64,000 bases of DNA, taken from assembly GCA_964016885.1 (NCBI GenBank), contig OZ024743.1, forward strand, positions 182,652,001-182,716,000. Reading direction: 5' to 3'. The translations under genes and the position numbers were made by a program. The notes under the pieces are model-generated. The model was not told the DNA's origin, did no database searches, and worked only from the letters and a program-made list of their open reading frames with translations. Below, one piece after another: positions 63,046 through 64,000 of this stretch (position 1 is the first letter of the stretch; each line of letters opens with the position of its first letter). This DNA comes from Eledone cirrhosa (taxonomy: Eukaryota).

Positions 63046-64000
63046 CTCTATAACAATTACATTATTTCCTCTAACAACTTTGTTACTACATTAAAACACT
63101 CATATCGCCTGCTAAATTGGTGACCTGACGTGATGAATATTGTAAATACAAAATATTCCTTTTAAAATAAATAAAAATTAGCAGTATTTTAAAACATTTT
63201 CGCCACGAGGAAATTTCAAAATGGCTATCACCACTACCAAATATATCAGCAGCAGCGACAACACGTGGTTAACTACTAACCAACAACAGGGAATAGCGAT
63301 GTGGCAGCCTTGTAACTTTACCGACGCAAGCACCATACCTTCTGTCTCGTTACCACAGGGACTCGAGAAATTAAGACATCAGTCTTCTCACCACTATGGC
63401 GTCAGACGTGACTGGCATATTGGTGACTCTAGGCTCTTCAACGCTCGACTTTGATTCTACAGAAGATTCACTGTGACTTTGCTTTAACAACAGCAACAAC
63501 AACAACAACTCTACTAGCTTCCTAGTAAGAGCGATCCCAAAGAAAAGAAAAAGTGAACTTTGTTTCAAGAAACAATTATTTATTTATTTCTCTATTTACA
63601 GGCAATGTCCGGACTAAATTCTTTTAGAACTGCATTATATGAAAAAAAAAATGTTTATCATTGTATATATGACTGCATCATTTTCCTTATCATTGTATAT
63701 ATGACTGCACCCACACATTCTTTGCTGTATTACATGCCTGCATATGCACACACATTTCTTTGACACACACCAACATGTTGTTGTTAGTATATGTTCTTCA
63801 AACGTAATATTCTGCGAGATCCCTTTTCACCTGGTTGAGGTGCCGACACATGCTAGCGACTCATAGAGCTTAATTCACCTGGACTCAAACAGGCACCGCA
63901 ACACGAGAACTGCTAATTGCAGCTGGATTCAAACAGTTCGCATCTCGTTGCACACTCATCGTCCTATAGCATAACAACCTCCATCTTGTTACTTTACCCG

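Noticed and set aside
63221-64000. Short ORFs and a possible acceptor site upstream of Helitron 3
   Set aside because: No recognisable protein motif or supported exon structure within the window

Overview
AT-rich, repeat-dense animal genomic DNA. The repeat complement (RTE LINEs with (GAT)n tails, tRNA-derived SINEs, long (TA)n tracts) suggests an octopus or other coleoid cephalopod, which is an inference. Two convergent spliced host genes can be read from the sequence. The first is the last five coding exons of a ryanodine receptor (+, 861..7409). The second is a complete 7-exon, 328-aa Gfo/Idh/MocA oxidoreductase of the DHDH type (-, 60669..24125) with a TATA box. Most of the remainder is mobile DNA: about nine RTE LINE pieces whose ORF carries a PHD finger right after the RT core, SINEs sharing the LINE tail, a Vingi-like LINE, four CRE-clade pieces, Penelope-like (Naiad-type) RT and GIY-YIG fragments, three hammerhead ribozymes, mariner/hAT relics, three co-oriented Helitrons and a 74-bp satellite. 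The best leads are an apparent Asp-to-Val change at the RyR selectivity-filter aspartate, a non-canonical hammerhead conserved in two copies, the PHD-in-RT LINE with an expandable array of covarying AGG-loop hairpins in its 3' tail, and an antisense 23-aa-repeat (STPR-like) ORF in a Helitron 3' arm. All calls are by eye; no searches were run.
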